DNA of 63,473 nt, filler included, from Hyphochytrium catenoides (Eukaryota; Protista; Hyphochytriomycota), in the NCBI GenBank assembly GCA_900088475.1. It is 9 parts of 9 records of this genome, joined end to end, with 100 filler letters (N's around TTAATTAATTAA, not from the genome) between each part and the next. Parts side by side here need not be neighbours in the genome. Positions count along the whole stretch, not along the records: positions 1 to 15,017 come from FLMG01001967.1; 8 more parts are not named here. One strand, written 5' to 3'. Within the stretch, counting starts at the first letter, position 1, and every line of letters starts with the position of its first letter. Positions 1-13,624 of this stretch are shown piece after piece. Made by a program: the position numbers and the translations under genes. The notes below the pieces were generated by a model. It ran no database searches. It was not told the origin of the DNA and saw nothing but the letters and a program-made list of their open reading frames with translations.

Positions 1-286
1 GTTTCAAACGCTCGTCCACTGGACCCCCTGTGTTCCCCCTTATCCGACGACCAAGATTTGGATCTCAGCAGTGAGGACCTCTCTATCAGGACCTTGGCCC
101 AAAGCAATGATTTATTGAGGATGCTGGTCCAGTTATCCAGACTGAGAAGTGCAAGGCTTCAGAAGAGGAAATATTGGAGCTCCTCAAAGCTCTGTCTGGA
201 GCTCTGTCCAGACCTCTGTCAAGAGCTGCACTTCCGGCTGTCGGGGGCTCCTCCTGAGCTCAGAGCGGCCGCCGCGACCATGATGA

Positions 287-410
287 CATCTGCGGACAGT
301 AAACATACAGAGCGGGCCATCTGCGGATGGTAAACATACAGAGTGGACCATCTGCGGATGGTAAACATACAGAGCGGGCCATCTGCGGATGGTAAACATA
401 CATAGCGGGC
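287..410. repeat. 31-bp minisatellite, 4 copies (CATCTGCGGATGGTAAACATACAGAGCGGGC)
   Basis: Four head-to-tail copies start at 287, 318, 349 and 380, with 0-2 mismatches each and no spacers. Confidence 0.95.
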
Positions 411-1353
411 CGGCGAGGCTGCCAGAGGTCGAGCTGAGAAGATAGAGAGGGATCCAAAGAGTTTGAAGAAAGAGGCAGAGCGGGGGCTAGTAGGAAGAAG
501 GATCCAAAGAGTTTGAAGAAAGAGGCAGCAGAAGGAGGAGGAGGATGGTGAAGGAAGTATCCTAGAAGAAGAAGCAAAGGCAGTTTTGAAGGACAAGAAG
601 TAAATGGAAGAGACTGAGTCGGGCCAATGGCCATCCTTATAGAACTACTGTTGCCAAATGCGGAGCCCCTGAAAGGAGAGAAAGGAAGAAGAAGAAGGAA
701 TTTACCAATGACTTCAAGGCTGCATGCACCCACCCAGGTCAAGTATGAGTCTCCTGGCTGAGCCGTCCGTAGAGCGGAGAGGATGCTGAAGGTGAGGATC
801 CTTGGGAGCTCATAGATAGACCAGATGCCTTGATCAGTAGCTCCTTTATCTCCCTTACGAACCAAGTGACGGACCTATGCATAACATGCTGCTATCAAGA
901 TTGCATGGCATAGGGTGCCCAGGTTAGTGAATGAAGTATCATCAGGAAAAGCTTAAGTCTGATAGCGAACATGAGTGGCGGATGTACGTGCAAAAAGGCA
1001 TAGATATGCGGAGAAAGAGGAAAAGGCGCGTGTCTCCATGCTCAAGCTTCCTCAGGTGGAGAAAACCAAATAAACGCCAAAGAAATTTCTCGGTCAAAGA
1101 GTAGTAATGAGTTCTCGATAAGTGCCAGCATCGTCCAGCTCAGCTTTGACTTCTTCGATATCATTTAATAAAAATATTAGATACCACGTTTTGTTAGAAA
1201 GGGCAAGAGAAGAAGTGATAACGATTCTCTCGAAGAGGCAGCAAGAAGGAAGAAAGAGCACATGGTGGACAAGAGAAGGGGATTGGGAAGGAGAGAAAGA
1301 GAGAGAGTACTCTGTCTAATGTACGGGCCAGAACTGTCCTTTCCTTCTATCTA

Positions 1354-2493
1354 CTATGCCCAATAGCCGATGATAGCCATACATAGAGCTCCGAGGAAGA
1401 TGCACGCCAGACTGCAAGCCTGGACCATCGTTGACATCTTCGCAAACTCGTCGCTGGCTGTAAACTGGAAGGTAAGGAGCTCAATCAAGCCTGAATAAGT
1501 CAATACGCCGCCTGCAATGGCATCAAGAATGCCTTTTACCCATAAATAACCAGCAGAGGTCTCAGAGAAGTTGTTCGACACGCCGATACCAATGACCGTG
1601 CCAAGAGGAGTGGAGAGAGCGAATCCCAGAATCATCAGGTAGGTCACATGCGTAGCGTTGTCCTTGAATGACCTCACGGCTGTTGTGCCAAGAGCAATGC
1701 CCTCAAAGAACTGATGAAAGGCCAGGGCAGTGAAGAGACTGCTGAACTGCGTGCCTGAGGTTACGCCCAGGGCGACACCGATGATAACACTGTGGCAGTA
1801 GACACCAATCTCAAAGATCGTAGCAGTGACTTTCAAACGAAGGCGGCTCTTAGCAGAAGAACCGCCCACCAACTGGTGATGGCTGTGTCTTAGGCTGGGC
1901 TCCACACTTTTCCTGCCAAAGTCCGTATCCTTGATTACGGAATAGTCGCCCTCAACCACGTGCAAGCTGTTGGAGACGGTAACGCCGTCTCCAAGATTGG
2001 CGGCATCAGCCATGGGCGAGAGAGACAGGGGTGTGGAGTCTCCGTCTGACTCCAACTTGCAGATAATATTGACAAGGCAAAATTCCAGCAGCTGCTGCAG
2101 GAGGATAGTGGCAACGACAATCGCCATAGCTAGCGGATAATCAAGGCCAAGGCAGGGGTGCTCAAGGGCTTCCATTGCAGGGAGGATCATATGGATGAAA
2201 GCCGTCGCTATGACAACGCCGGTTCCAAAGCCAAAAAGACCGGTCATCACACCTTCAGAGAGGAATCTATACGATCGTTCAGCGAGGACTGGCATCATGG
2301 CACCCAAAAGAGAAAGGATGAAGATGATCACCACTGCGACCCAGTGGACACCTACGTCGTAGTCGTCTGGCCGACCTTGCGCCTGGCCGCAGAGGTCCGC
2401 GCCTCCTGCTGCCAGCTCGGCCGTGGCCTCATGGTCCTGTTCACCACCCAGCTGTCGTAGGTAATGCAGGCTTGCTTGCGTCACTGATGTCAT
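1354..2493 (-). CDS. ZIP-family (ZRT/IRT-like) zinc/iron transporter, intronless
   Basis: ORF has multiple hydrophobic helices, FIHMIL, a His-rich loop (HSHH), and the TM4/TM5 signatures FEIGVYCHSVIIG and FHQFFEGIALG. The C-terminus is IIGYWA. The first ATG is at 2493; the track start at 2511 is TTG. Confidence 0.93.
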   Translation of the reverse strand: MTSVTQASLHYLRQLGGEQDHEATAELAAGGADLCGQAQGRPDDYDVGVHWVAVVIIFILSLLGAMMPVLAERSYRFLSEGVMTGLFGFGTGVVIATAFIHMILPAMEALEHPCLGLDYPLAMAIVVATILLQQLLEFCLVNIICKLESDGDSTPLSLSPMADAANLGDGVTVSNSLHVVEGDYSVIKDTDFGRKSVEPSLRHSHHQLVGGSSAKSRLRLKVTATIFEIGVYCHSVIIGVALGVTSGTQFSSLFTALAFHQFFEGIALGTTAVRSFKDNATHVTYLMILGFALSTPLGTVIGIGVSNNFSETSAGYLWVKGILDAIAGGVLTYSGLIELLTFQFTASDEFAKMSTMVQACSLACIFLGALCMAIIGYWA

Positions 2494-3389
2494 TCTTGCT
2501 CTGCCTTGCAATCTCCTCTACCAGTTGCCGCTTCCTGGTGCGCGTGGGTCCTTCTGCTTATCGCCAGGGGAGAGAAAAGATAAGTGAAAGCGTTCGACGC
2601 TCGCATCAAAGTAGCAGTTCTCTCTCTTCTTGCCACGACTTCGCCTCACCTTGCCATCAACTAGTCGAATAAGAAGAGAAGCAGGATGGGGTCGTAGACC
2701 CACTCCACTATTCCTCTTCCGTTCCCTTCCTCGTTGCTTTGTTTGGCTCTTCCTGGTCTGCCTGGTGGGATGTCCAATCAGAACTGTCCGCAAGACTGAA
2801 CGCGCTTCAGCACTGGCTCGAATCCTGATCTCTCTCGCTGTGTCTTTCTAACTACTCTACTCACTTGGCTTCTGATCTTGAGGTTAGTAGAGGAGACAAG
2901 AGATAGCGAGAAGAGAAGAAGCCAACCGTCTAAGACAGGAGTATAACGATCGTACTGCCCCTTTCCCATTTCCTCAAGGATGAAGGATGCTGCTAGATCT
3001 TCTTCTTATGCCTGTTGATGAAAGGCCACACACCAAAGTAGACCCAGTTCCAAGAAGGAGAATGATGTTGCTTGACAAGCCCGGTAGGGCTGCGGTCCAT
3101 CATCAGAGCTTCATGCTTCAGGCATTCCCCTTCAGAGCCTAAAAAATCCTCCTAGAGCGTAGAACTAGTTGTTCACTCCGTTCAAATCCAGGGCCGCACA
3201 GGTCGAGTTACCGTGGGGAAGAAACGAGGATCTCATCTCTTCTATCCATGCTCACCCTCTTCGGCTAATGTCTGGGTCTCTCTTGTTTGTCAGACAAGGG
3301 TAAAAATGGGGATCCTCAAACGTGTCTCCTATCACTTCTCCACCTCAGACAGTCAACCCCGAGCCACTCCTGGTGACCCATAAGGATCA

Positions 3390-4006
3390 TGAGATGACAG
3401 ATAGTTCTACCATCGCTTCACGATTGCTTCACTCTCTCCCTTTTAGCAAGCCTCTCTCTTCTACTTCTACCTCTTCCCATCAAGAGATAGAAGTATAGAT
3501 AGTATTTCAATCCCTCTGTCTCTCTCGTCTTAAGTGCGTTGATACTCACTCTTACTCAGTAGTACTAGTCTATCTCTGTTCACCATTGATATATTTGAAC
3601 GGAGAGTAGAAGCTTTTGCCTGAGGGTGCGGTCAATCTACGGTCCTTCCCCTGCCATCGCTCTGTTCCTCTGCTTTGTTTCCTGCCGGACCCTAGATCCA
3701 TCCTCTTTGGTATAGGGTTCTTCACGCTGCAGTAGTAAGACGTTGATGAGAGGGGAAGTCAGGGTAGTGCCCTCATCACCAGAACGATAGAACCCATGAC
3801 AAGAGACGTGGAGGCAGTGGTCGGAGGAAGGAAACTGGGAGAGCCCTAGAACAGAAGGGATGACGAGAGAATAAGAGACAGAGCAACAATAATAGTGCAA
3901 GGAAGAGAGACAGATGGTGAGAGAGGAAGAGACGAGAGAGGTATAACTAATGGGCGGTGAGAGAGAGGAGACCCAAGACCGAAGAGTGGTGACAATGTCC
4001 ATCACA
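3390..4006. mobile_element. possible solo LTR
   Basis: Begins TGAGATGACA and ends TGTCCATCACA (imperfect inverted TG...CA termini). Contains a TATA-like TATATTTGAAC near 3590. No target-site duplication seen. Confidence 0.25.
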
Positions 4007-4029
4007 CTGACACCACCTCCTACCCCCGC

Positions 4030-4650
4030 TCCAAATGAAGTGGTTCTACCTTCTCCTTTTTGCCTCCTCCCGCTACCGTTTTACCCTTATGATCAGAGGT
4101 AGTAAGGGCTTAAGAATTCTACTGGCACGTGATGATGAGGAGGACCGCCACCCACCGCCGCTAGATGCTCACCGCCGTAGAAGTAGCTCTAAGCTCTAAG
4201 TCATAACTCCTGCAGGTTGCCCCTGCTCGTCGTCAACCTTCTGCGGACTTATGACGGTTGTCATCCTGGCGACTAAGGAAGGAGGACCTCGCGTTGTTGT
4301 TATTTACTCCGTGGGTTATGTTAGTGCTGTCGGTGCTGTTGGTGCTTGTGCCAAGTGATACTCTCCTTCCACACATAGATCTAAGAAAGAGGGGATAAGA
4401 AAGCGGGATGCTCTTGGAACAGGGAACAGCAACATAAAAGTGGTCGTTCTACCGGTACTAAGTATCAACGGTGGAGCCGTAGCCGTAGTGTGCTTGGTCG
4501 GTCTTCTAAACGAAGTATATAACCTCATAAACGACAGCGCGAGTTGACGCGAACGCCCGTCGTTCCGTCCACGTAGAGCCAGACTAAGAGCAAACGATTC
4601 ACCGCCCAACCCTTTGGCGGAGACAAGAAGGGAAGACCAGGAAGCGCTAC
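4030..4650 (-). pseudogene. decayed coding relic of unknown family
   Basis: One minus frame reads protein-like (VYEVIYFV*KTDQAHYGYGSTVDT*YR*NDHFYVAVPCSKSIPLSYPLF) but is broken mostly by TAG stops. Confidence 0.3.
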
Positions 4651-7029
4651 TGACGCATTATTGGGTTATTGTCACGCTTATTGCCATCCTAGAAAGGACC
4701 TGGATAGGACCACTGCCCGCGGGGTGTCATTGCATAATAGCATCATGGAAAGCTATCTATCTATCATTGACGGCGGTGAGAAAGGCAATGTGGTCGCCCG
4801 CTCCTTGAAAGGAATGGGTACAAGGAGCTAATTAAGAGGTGCAGCAGATGGTGGAGGGTAGAGTGGCGTTATTATAAGATCAAAGACACTGGGAAAGGGC
4901 AGAAATTAGATAGTTCTACATGCAGCAGACGACAGACAAACGAGAGAAGAGAGAGAAGACGGAGACTCTCTCTGGAGAGAGGAAAAAACTGATGACCGAC
5001 AATTCTCTGAAAGAGGGCAAAGGTGTCATCCACCTACTTCAAGGAGCAGACATCGAAAGACAGACGAGGAGAAACGAAGAGGGAAGAAGGAAGGACATCA
5101 AATAGAAGCACGACCTTCTTTAGAGATGGAAGAGGAGCAAGGAAGAGAGAGAGCGAAACCACCTAGGAGGCACACTCTCTTATCGTTCATCAGATGAGCT
5201 TATTTTAATATATAACTTGAAGAAAATCACGGTGCTTGATTGATGCGCATGATGAGAAAGGAGGGCCGAGCATTGAAGATCATTTCATCTGCAAGCCAGA
5301 CTGCTGATAAGAGACCTCCCTCATCATCAGGCAACATGAAGACGGCGAAGGAACTCAAGTTAGACCGACGGTACTTCCTCAGTATGACCACATCATCGCT
5401 CAAAGCAGGAAACAACAGTCTCCGCACCTTGAAGTACCTTTAGAGCCGCTGCCTGCAGAGCCACGGCGACACCAGCAGAAGACATATTATACACCGAAGA
5501 CAGGGAAACGAGTGGAGAGAAAAGATGATGATTATTCGTAGTACAGTGAGAAGAGGAAAAAAAGAAGAGGCAGCAAAAGGCAACAGAACAATTATCCACC
5601 AGAGTAAGGCAACCAGACTTCTTCTCTCGTCTCCAACTCTATCAACGCGAAGAAAGGTATTATTCTTCTCACTAGCACTTGTAGATGCAGCAGTTCAGTC
5701 ACAAAGCAGCAGCAGTAGTTCACCATCATGGTCCAGGCTTAAAGTTATAACTAGAACCACGCCGCCGGCACGAGGAAGCGACAAAACAACAAAAATGCTA
5801 ATAGTTCAAGTAAAGCCTAGTTCTATACGTTGATGATGAGGATGATGGAGGGATGAGAGCACTGGCGACCGATGGAGAAGACCAACCAGAGCAATAAAAG
5901 AGATTCACAGCTGCTGCTTCTTTATTATCATTTGCTGCAGGTGACGGGCAATAGTAGTACCACTACTACGAAGACGTACTAACCAAATAAAGATGATTCC
6001 TGTTGGCTCCTCGCTGTGACTGCTTGCTGCTAACAAGAAAGGATGACGACGAAGGGAAAAAAAGAGATAGAGTTGTTGAGCTGCTTCAAAGTATTGACTC
6101 TTGTACACTATCCTCTTTGTACTATTCACACAGCCACCAACGGACAGCAAGCAAGATGATGATGACGCCTGATCGAGCAACAACGAAGAAAGAAAGAAGA
6201 AGGAAGATAGTAGAGACTGTCAACCGATGAAGGAGAGAGGATTGACTGACCACCAAGAGGATAAGCAAAGCGGCGTCCACCCGCTTCGTTTCTACTATGG
6301 AATCTCTAACAAAAAAAATTGCTTCTTCCTTCTTCTTCTATCATCATCATCATTTCTTCTCTTTTGCCTCCTCTGGATCCTGTTCCGAGGGTAGGTGTGG
6401 AATGGTCTACCCGAGCCTTGGAAACCCGAGTTCATGTTGACTTGGAGAAGGCTTTCAAGTCTCCAGTTTTCCTTGTATAGAGGCCCCAAGCAGCCAAAAG
6501 TCCCGAGTAGTTTTACTCGGGTCACCGTCAAGGGCAGAAGTCCTCCTGGATATTGGACACTTTGGTTGAATGTTACGCTATTATCGGTACTCCGAGAAAA
6601 ACTTGCTGCATACGCTCGCATTAGATTCGGCAAATCGATTTTTGGAGCAATGACATCTCTTGACACACGTTTGAAAAGTGGGCTATAATAAACCCATAGG
6701 CTTTAGTCTATGCGAAAGGATTGCCACCGCCTAAAGCTATGTCATACAGCGTCCATGAGGAAAGGGCTGGATGTGGCGTTTTAATATGTTACCTTTCATG
6801 CCATAATCTTGAGGCCACACCTCAGACCATCCGTCCGCGTCTTTCTGAAGTTCAAATCTTTCTGCAGATGCATTGCAATCTATGGAGATCTGTGGCTGAT
6901 AGAGATCGCTGGCAACAACCTTTGGTCTCCCGGGTCTTCTGCTTCCTCCTTAACACCTCCTCGGCCCTCCTAGACACCCGCCGTTTCGCTAATCTATATT
7001 CCCGTTCTACCTCTTGTCTACCTCTCAAC

Positions 7030-9443
<2,414 letters not shown>

Positions 9444-9853
9444 ATGCGTGCTTCAGCAAATAACCTAGTAATAATAAAGGGCTAAAAGTAAAACGTAGTG
9501 CCTGTAAGAGGCAGAGTCTGTTGGCCACCTGGCTGCCTCTGGCGACTTTTTGCTCTCCACTTCTCTCTTTCAGTCTCTTTCTTCTCTCACGTTTGCTCCT
9601 GCAATCGATGACGATGCTTTACGGCAGCGAAGGTACTAGGAAACCTGATACGCCTTGCTTTTAGCTTGCCTGAAGACGCGTCATCTGTTCAGCGATCTCC
9701 TCTCACGCTTACATTTATTAGAAGGCGCTTGACTTATGGCGACACGTTTGCATTCTCGCCTTTCACCCCAGCTCCATGCTGGCGGAACGGCAGAGCGAAA
9801 GAGAGACCAGAAAAGAAGAGAGAGCAAGAGAGAGAGAGATTTAATTGATAGAG

Positions 9854-10451
9854 CTAGAGCTTTTGGTTATCGCTGAAGTGGAGGCGAATCTTTGTTGAGT
9901 AGCCCGTCACCACTTCTTTCACGAAGTTAATGTCCTCATCCAGCTGAGGTATGTCCTGCAAGTAAAGGGAGAAAGGAAACAATCAGTACCGTTTAAACGG
10001 GAGAGAAGACGGAGCAATTTGTAGATAGTGAGAACCATGTGGGAAGGAGCGAGAGAGAGACAAAGAGAGAAATTGTGGAGAGCGGAGAGCAAAAGAGGAG
10101 CGCAAGAATAGAGGGAGAAGAGGAGAAAGAAAAATAGCCGAAGAAGGTTCATAAGGAGCATGGCATCAGGAGACAGAGGAGCCAGTGAGGCGTCACCACC
10201 TCCAGCTGCTTATTGAGCTCCTTCATGAGTTCATCGAGAGATACAACGGAATGTACAATCCGCTGGATTAGAGCCTACAGGGGACGCGAATATTGTTCAA
10301 AAGGGGGAAGATAAAGATTGAGAACATGTGATGAGAAAGGAAGGGAACTGACTAAAGGGAGGCAATATGTGTGAGAGAGAGAGAGAGAGACATACACACA
10401 GAGAGAGAGNNNNNNNNNNNNNNNNNNNNNNNNNNNNNNNNNNNNNNNNNN

Positions 10452-10527
<76 letters not shown>

Positions 10528-11161
10528 CAAAGAAAGAGAGAGAGACACAAACAGAGAGGATGGGCCTGGTGTCACCTGTTGCTGAGTTTCGTGAGGATCT
10601 GCAGGACCAACAGCGAGCACAGTTTAAGAGGCGGGCCGTGGGAGAAAGAGGCAATTGAGGAGTTCATGGGCAGAGCAAAGCGGGAGGAAGAGAGAAATTC
10701 AGCAGACAAGGGATGGAAATAAGAGTTTGCGCAACAAAAGGGCTAGTAAGGGGAGGATGAAAAGAGGGACGCGAGAGTAAACGGAAGAGCTGTGCGTGAG
10801 AGAGAGACACACACACAGAAAGAGAAAGAGAGAGAGAGATAGCCGACAGAGAAAGAGAATCAATGGAGAAAGAGAACCGAGCGGGCCGAGGATAGAAAAA
10901 AAGAAAGGACTGGGGAGAGAAAAAGTAGAGATAATAGCGAGCGAGAGAGAAAGACAGCTAAAGAAAGGTTGACCTGGGAGAAGGAGGGCGAAAAGAACGT
11001 GTGCCGCGGGTACAGAGTTAGAGATGATATGAAAGGTTTCTAGAGTGAGAGAGAGAGACGAGAGAAGCAATGAGTAAAAGCGAGGAGTTTGAAAGAGCAG
11101 CAAGGAACGATAGCTCTAGAGCGAGGGGAGTAGGAACTAAGAAATACATCTTACTCTTCAT
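9854..11161 (-). CDS. DAD4: DASH/Dam1 kinetochore complex subunit Dad4-like, 4 coding exons (11155-11161, 10576-10598, 10200-10274, 9854-9955), 68 aa
   Basis: Spliced product is MKNPHETQQQALIQRIVHSVVSLDELMKELNKQLEDIPQLDEDINFVKEVVTGYSTKIRLHFSDNQKL*. All junctions are GT-AG and phase-consistent. The NPHE..Q..LI.RI...V..L.E....LN..L pattern and length match Dad4 as I recall it. No database search was run. Confidence 0.75.
10452..10514. repeat. (GATA)n microsatellite in Dad4-like intron 2
   Basis: Directly visible tetranucleotide run next to an N gap. Confidence 0.9.
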
Positions 11162-11865
11162 CTCGTCCTGTCGTGTCTCTCTCCCTCTTTCCGTCCGCCA
11201 GCTGTCTCTGTCTCCAGGGATGAGATGACGACAAAGAGACAAAACGATCAGCCAAACTGGCGAGATGAAGTGAGTCCGCAGCGCAGATGAGCAGGCGAGA
11301 GAGGAGAGAGAAGAGAGAACAAAAGCAGAGAGAATGAGAGAGAAAGAGAGAAGAAGCGAGAAAGACACAAAAAGAGAGAAAGAGAGAAGACACGTCTTCG
11401 GCCATGCTGCGAGGTGGAGCCTCTACCTTGGGATCAGCAGCAGCAACGACTTCAGATGCAGATTAATTTCTCTCCTTCTGCATCAGCAGATGATCAGTCA
11501 CTGATGTGTCTCTGTCTTCGTCCCAATCTTCGCGGTCCAAATCTCTACTGCGGCCTCCTAGGAAGTTTGAGAGAGGAGAGAGAGAGAGAAGAAAGAGAGA
11601 ATATTTATCCATTGACACTGTGTGGAACTTTGAAAGGCCAGATAAAGCGGGAAAATAGAAGAGAGAGAAAAAGAGAGAGAAGAAAACAGAGAAGAAGAGA
11701 GAGACCAAGAGGCACATTTTGAGAGTTAGAGTGAGAGTGAAAGAGCGAGAGCGAGCGAGAGAGGAGAGAGACAGAGACAGACAGAGAGAGACAGAGAGAG
11801 AGACAGACAGCCAGACAGAGAAGTGTAAAGAGAGAAAGAGAAGGGGAGAGAGAGAGAAAGAGAGG

Positions 11866-11900
<35 letters not shown>

Positions 11901-12077
11901 GGGGAGAGAGAGAGAGAGAAAAAGAGAGACATACAGAAAGAGACACACAGAGAAAGAGAGAGAACGAGGACAGAAGAGAGAGAGAAAGAGAGAAATTTGG
12001 TTGTACGTTGTAGTGGTGTGGGAGAACAGACAGAGAAACAGAAGCGACACAACACACAAGAGAAAAAGGGAAGGAAA

Positions 12078-12300
12078 CACCCGAGTCTGACCTTACAAGT
12101 ATACAACCCGACTAACAACCCGAGTCACATATATATAACTCAATAGGACAATGGGGGTCATAGGTCCATTTTGCTCTCGGGTCAGAGCTCGGGACTACCC
12201 GCCCGTTACTGTACTTGTACTTGTACTTGCCTTGTGGTAAAAAGGATACTTGTGCTGTGATCCAGTACTTGATACTTGACCAGTGGCAGTAACGCAGTAA
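12078..12300. mobile_element. possible DNA-transposon relic (hAT-like subterminal motifs)
   Basis: Clustered ACCCGA/TCGGG and TACTTG motifs, plus an 8-bp inverted pair CGTTACTG...CAGTAACG. No TSD identified. Confidence 0.2.
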
Positions 12301-12625
12301 CCCTATCTCTTGGCCACCGCTTGGGGATTGCCTGTTTGCCTGCCTGTTCATCAGGTAAAAGATGTGGATAAACCGCGCGGCCCGACCACCTCGCCGCGTC
12401 AAGCAGGCGATTGCCCCCGGTGGCCGCTCCATCGGTGGGGTCATTCTCCCGCTCAGTCCTGGATCTCTGCCGTTAAAGCGCAACAGCTCGTGAGAAGGGT
12501 CAACAACCGGGGGGCTCGGCCTGCTATCGGAGCTCTGATGTGAGAGCAAAAAGAGCACGCGACTCATGAGCCTGCATTTTTGACGATTGCTGCTACTTCC
12601 GCCAGTCAGCGTGGGCACGACTGTT

Positions 12626-13624
12626 ATGGCCTCTTTTAAGTCGCGCGACGCCCTTTTTAGAACCCGCGCGAGCGTGCCAGGGGTCTTGCAAAGACTAGGA
12701 GCGGTGTCTGTCCTCTTACTGGTATTTGGGACCATTATAATTTGCGCCCTCCTCCTTCAGCGTCCTTGTGGTGCTCGGTCTTGGGCAAGTCCTGAAGAAG
12801 AGAAGACACTCTGGGTTAAGACTCAAGCCCCGCAGGTTCGACGGCCTGACGTGTTAGTTATTGGCTCATTCTTCTCAGCCAAGAATGATCCCCAGCGAGG
12901 GAGAAGCTTCAAAAACTGTCAGGACTATCTCAGGCCCTGGTACGACTCTATCCATGCACACGGAATGCAAGGAGTGTTGCTTCACGATGGTTTGTCCGAG
13001 TCCTTCATGAATAATCTGACTACCGAGTCCTTTAAATTTGTCTGGGTAAACACTTCGAGCATGCACCAAGCGCTCTGGCCTGCAGAGTGGAGAATGTTTG
13101 CGCTCTATGACTATCTACGCGGAAGGCCGGAGCTTGACTACATTATCGCGACAGACGTGTCTGATGTCAGCTTCAATGCCCATGTTGGAGACTTCATGAT
13201 GAAGTTTCCACAAGCAAATCTCTTCCTTGCGTCTGAAGGTCGTCCCGACATGGGATGGATGAGTGGAACCTGGCATAGATGCTTTCAAGAGACATATCCA
13301 CCTGTACAGCAAAAGGTTTACGCGGCAGGACTGTTTGGCGGCAAGAGGGATGCCTTGGTGACACATCTCTATGTCGTGAAGAGCTTATTGCTAAAGCTCG
13401 CGGAAAGTAACCCCGGTGCGGCTGGTGTCTGTGACATGATCGCCCATAACAAGGCCATCTATGACTTTTGGAAGATGGACCAGAAGGGCGAGAAGTACAT
13501 ATGGGAGGACGGCCAGCCACTATACAATAAGATCAAGACGGAGAAGGGAGAGCCAGGCGAGGAGGATGATATATTAAAAACCTATTACGTCGTCCATAGG
13601 CATCGACACATCAACTGCACCTGA
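12626..13624 (+). CDS. type II membrane glycosyltransferase-like protein (GT-A-like, DxD), intronless
   Basis: N-terminal TM (AVSVLLLVFGTIIICALLL) followed by a lumenal domain with VLLHDGLS, YLRGRPELDYIIATDVSDVSF and YAAGLFGG. First ATG at 12626. Confidence 0.7.
   Translation: MASFKSRDALFRTRASVPGVLQRLGAVSVLLLVFGTIIICALLLQRPCGARSWASPEEEKTLWVKTQAPQVRRPDVLVIGSFFSAKNDPQRGRSFKNCQDYLRPWYDSIHAHGMQGVLLHDGLSESFMNNLTTESFKFVWVNTSSMHQALWPAEWRMFALYDYLRGRPELDYIIATDVSDVSFNAHVGDFMMKFPQANLFLASEGRPDMGWMSGTWHRCFQETYPPVQQKVYAAGLFGGKRDALVTHLYVVKSLLLKLAESNPGAAGVCDMIAHNKAIYDFWKMDQKGEKYIWEDGQPLYNKIKTEKGEPGEEDDILKTYYVVHRHRHINCT

Noticed and set aside
287-410. 31-bp repeats as a CRISPR array
   Set aside because: No unique spacers, no cas genes, eukaryotic context.
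3150-3205. tRNA or SINE suggested by GTTCAAATCC (also GGCTCGAATCC near 2815)
   Set aside because: No cloverleaf stems or A-box could be folded.
4030-4650. Stop-codon reassignment (TAG/TAA read as Gln) to explain in-frame stops
   Set aside because: Intact genes have no in-frame TAG/TAA and terminate at TAA or TAG, so the standard code applies.
6295-6688. Overlapping 123-aa and 97-aa ORFs
   Set aside because: No domain signal; the region looks like a regulatory or transposon relic.
10968-11021. Branch point plus CAG|GT (recursive splice site) in Dad4-like intron 1
   Set aside because: The donor GTCAAC is weak and the intron short; could be chance without reads.
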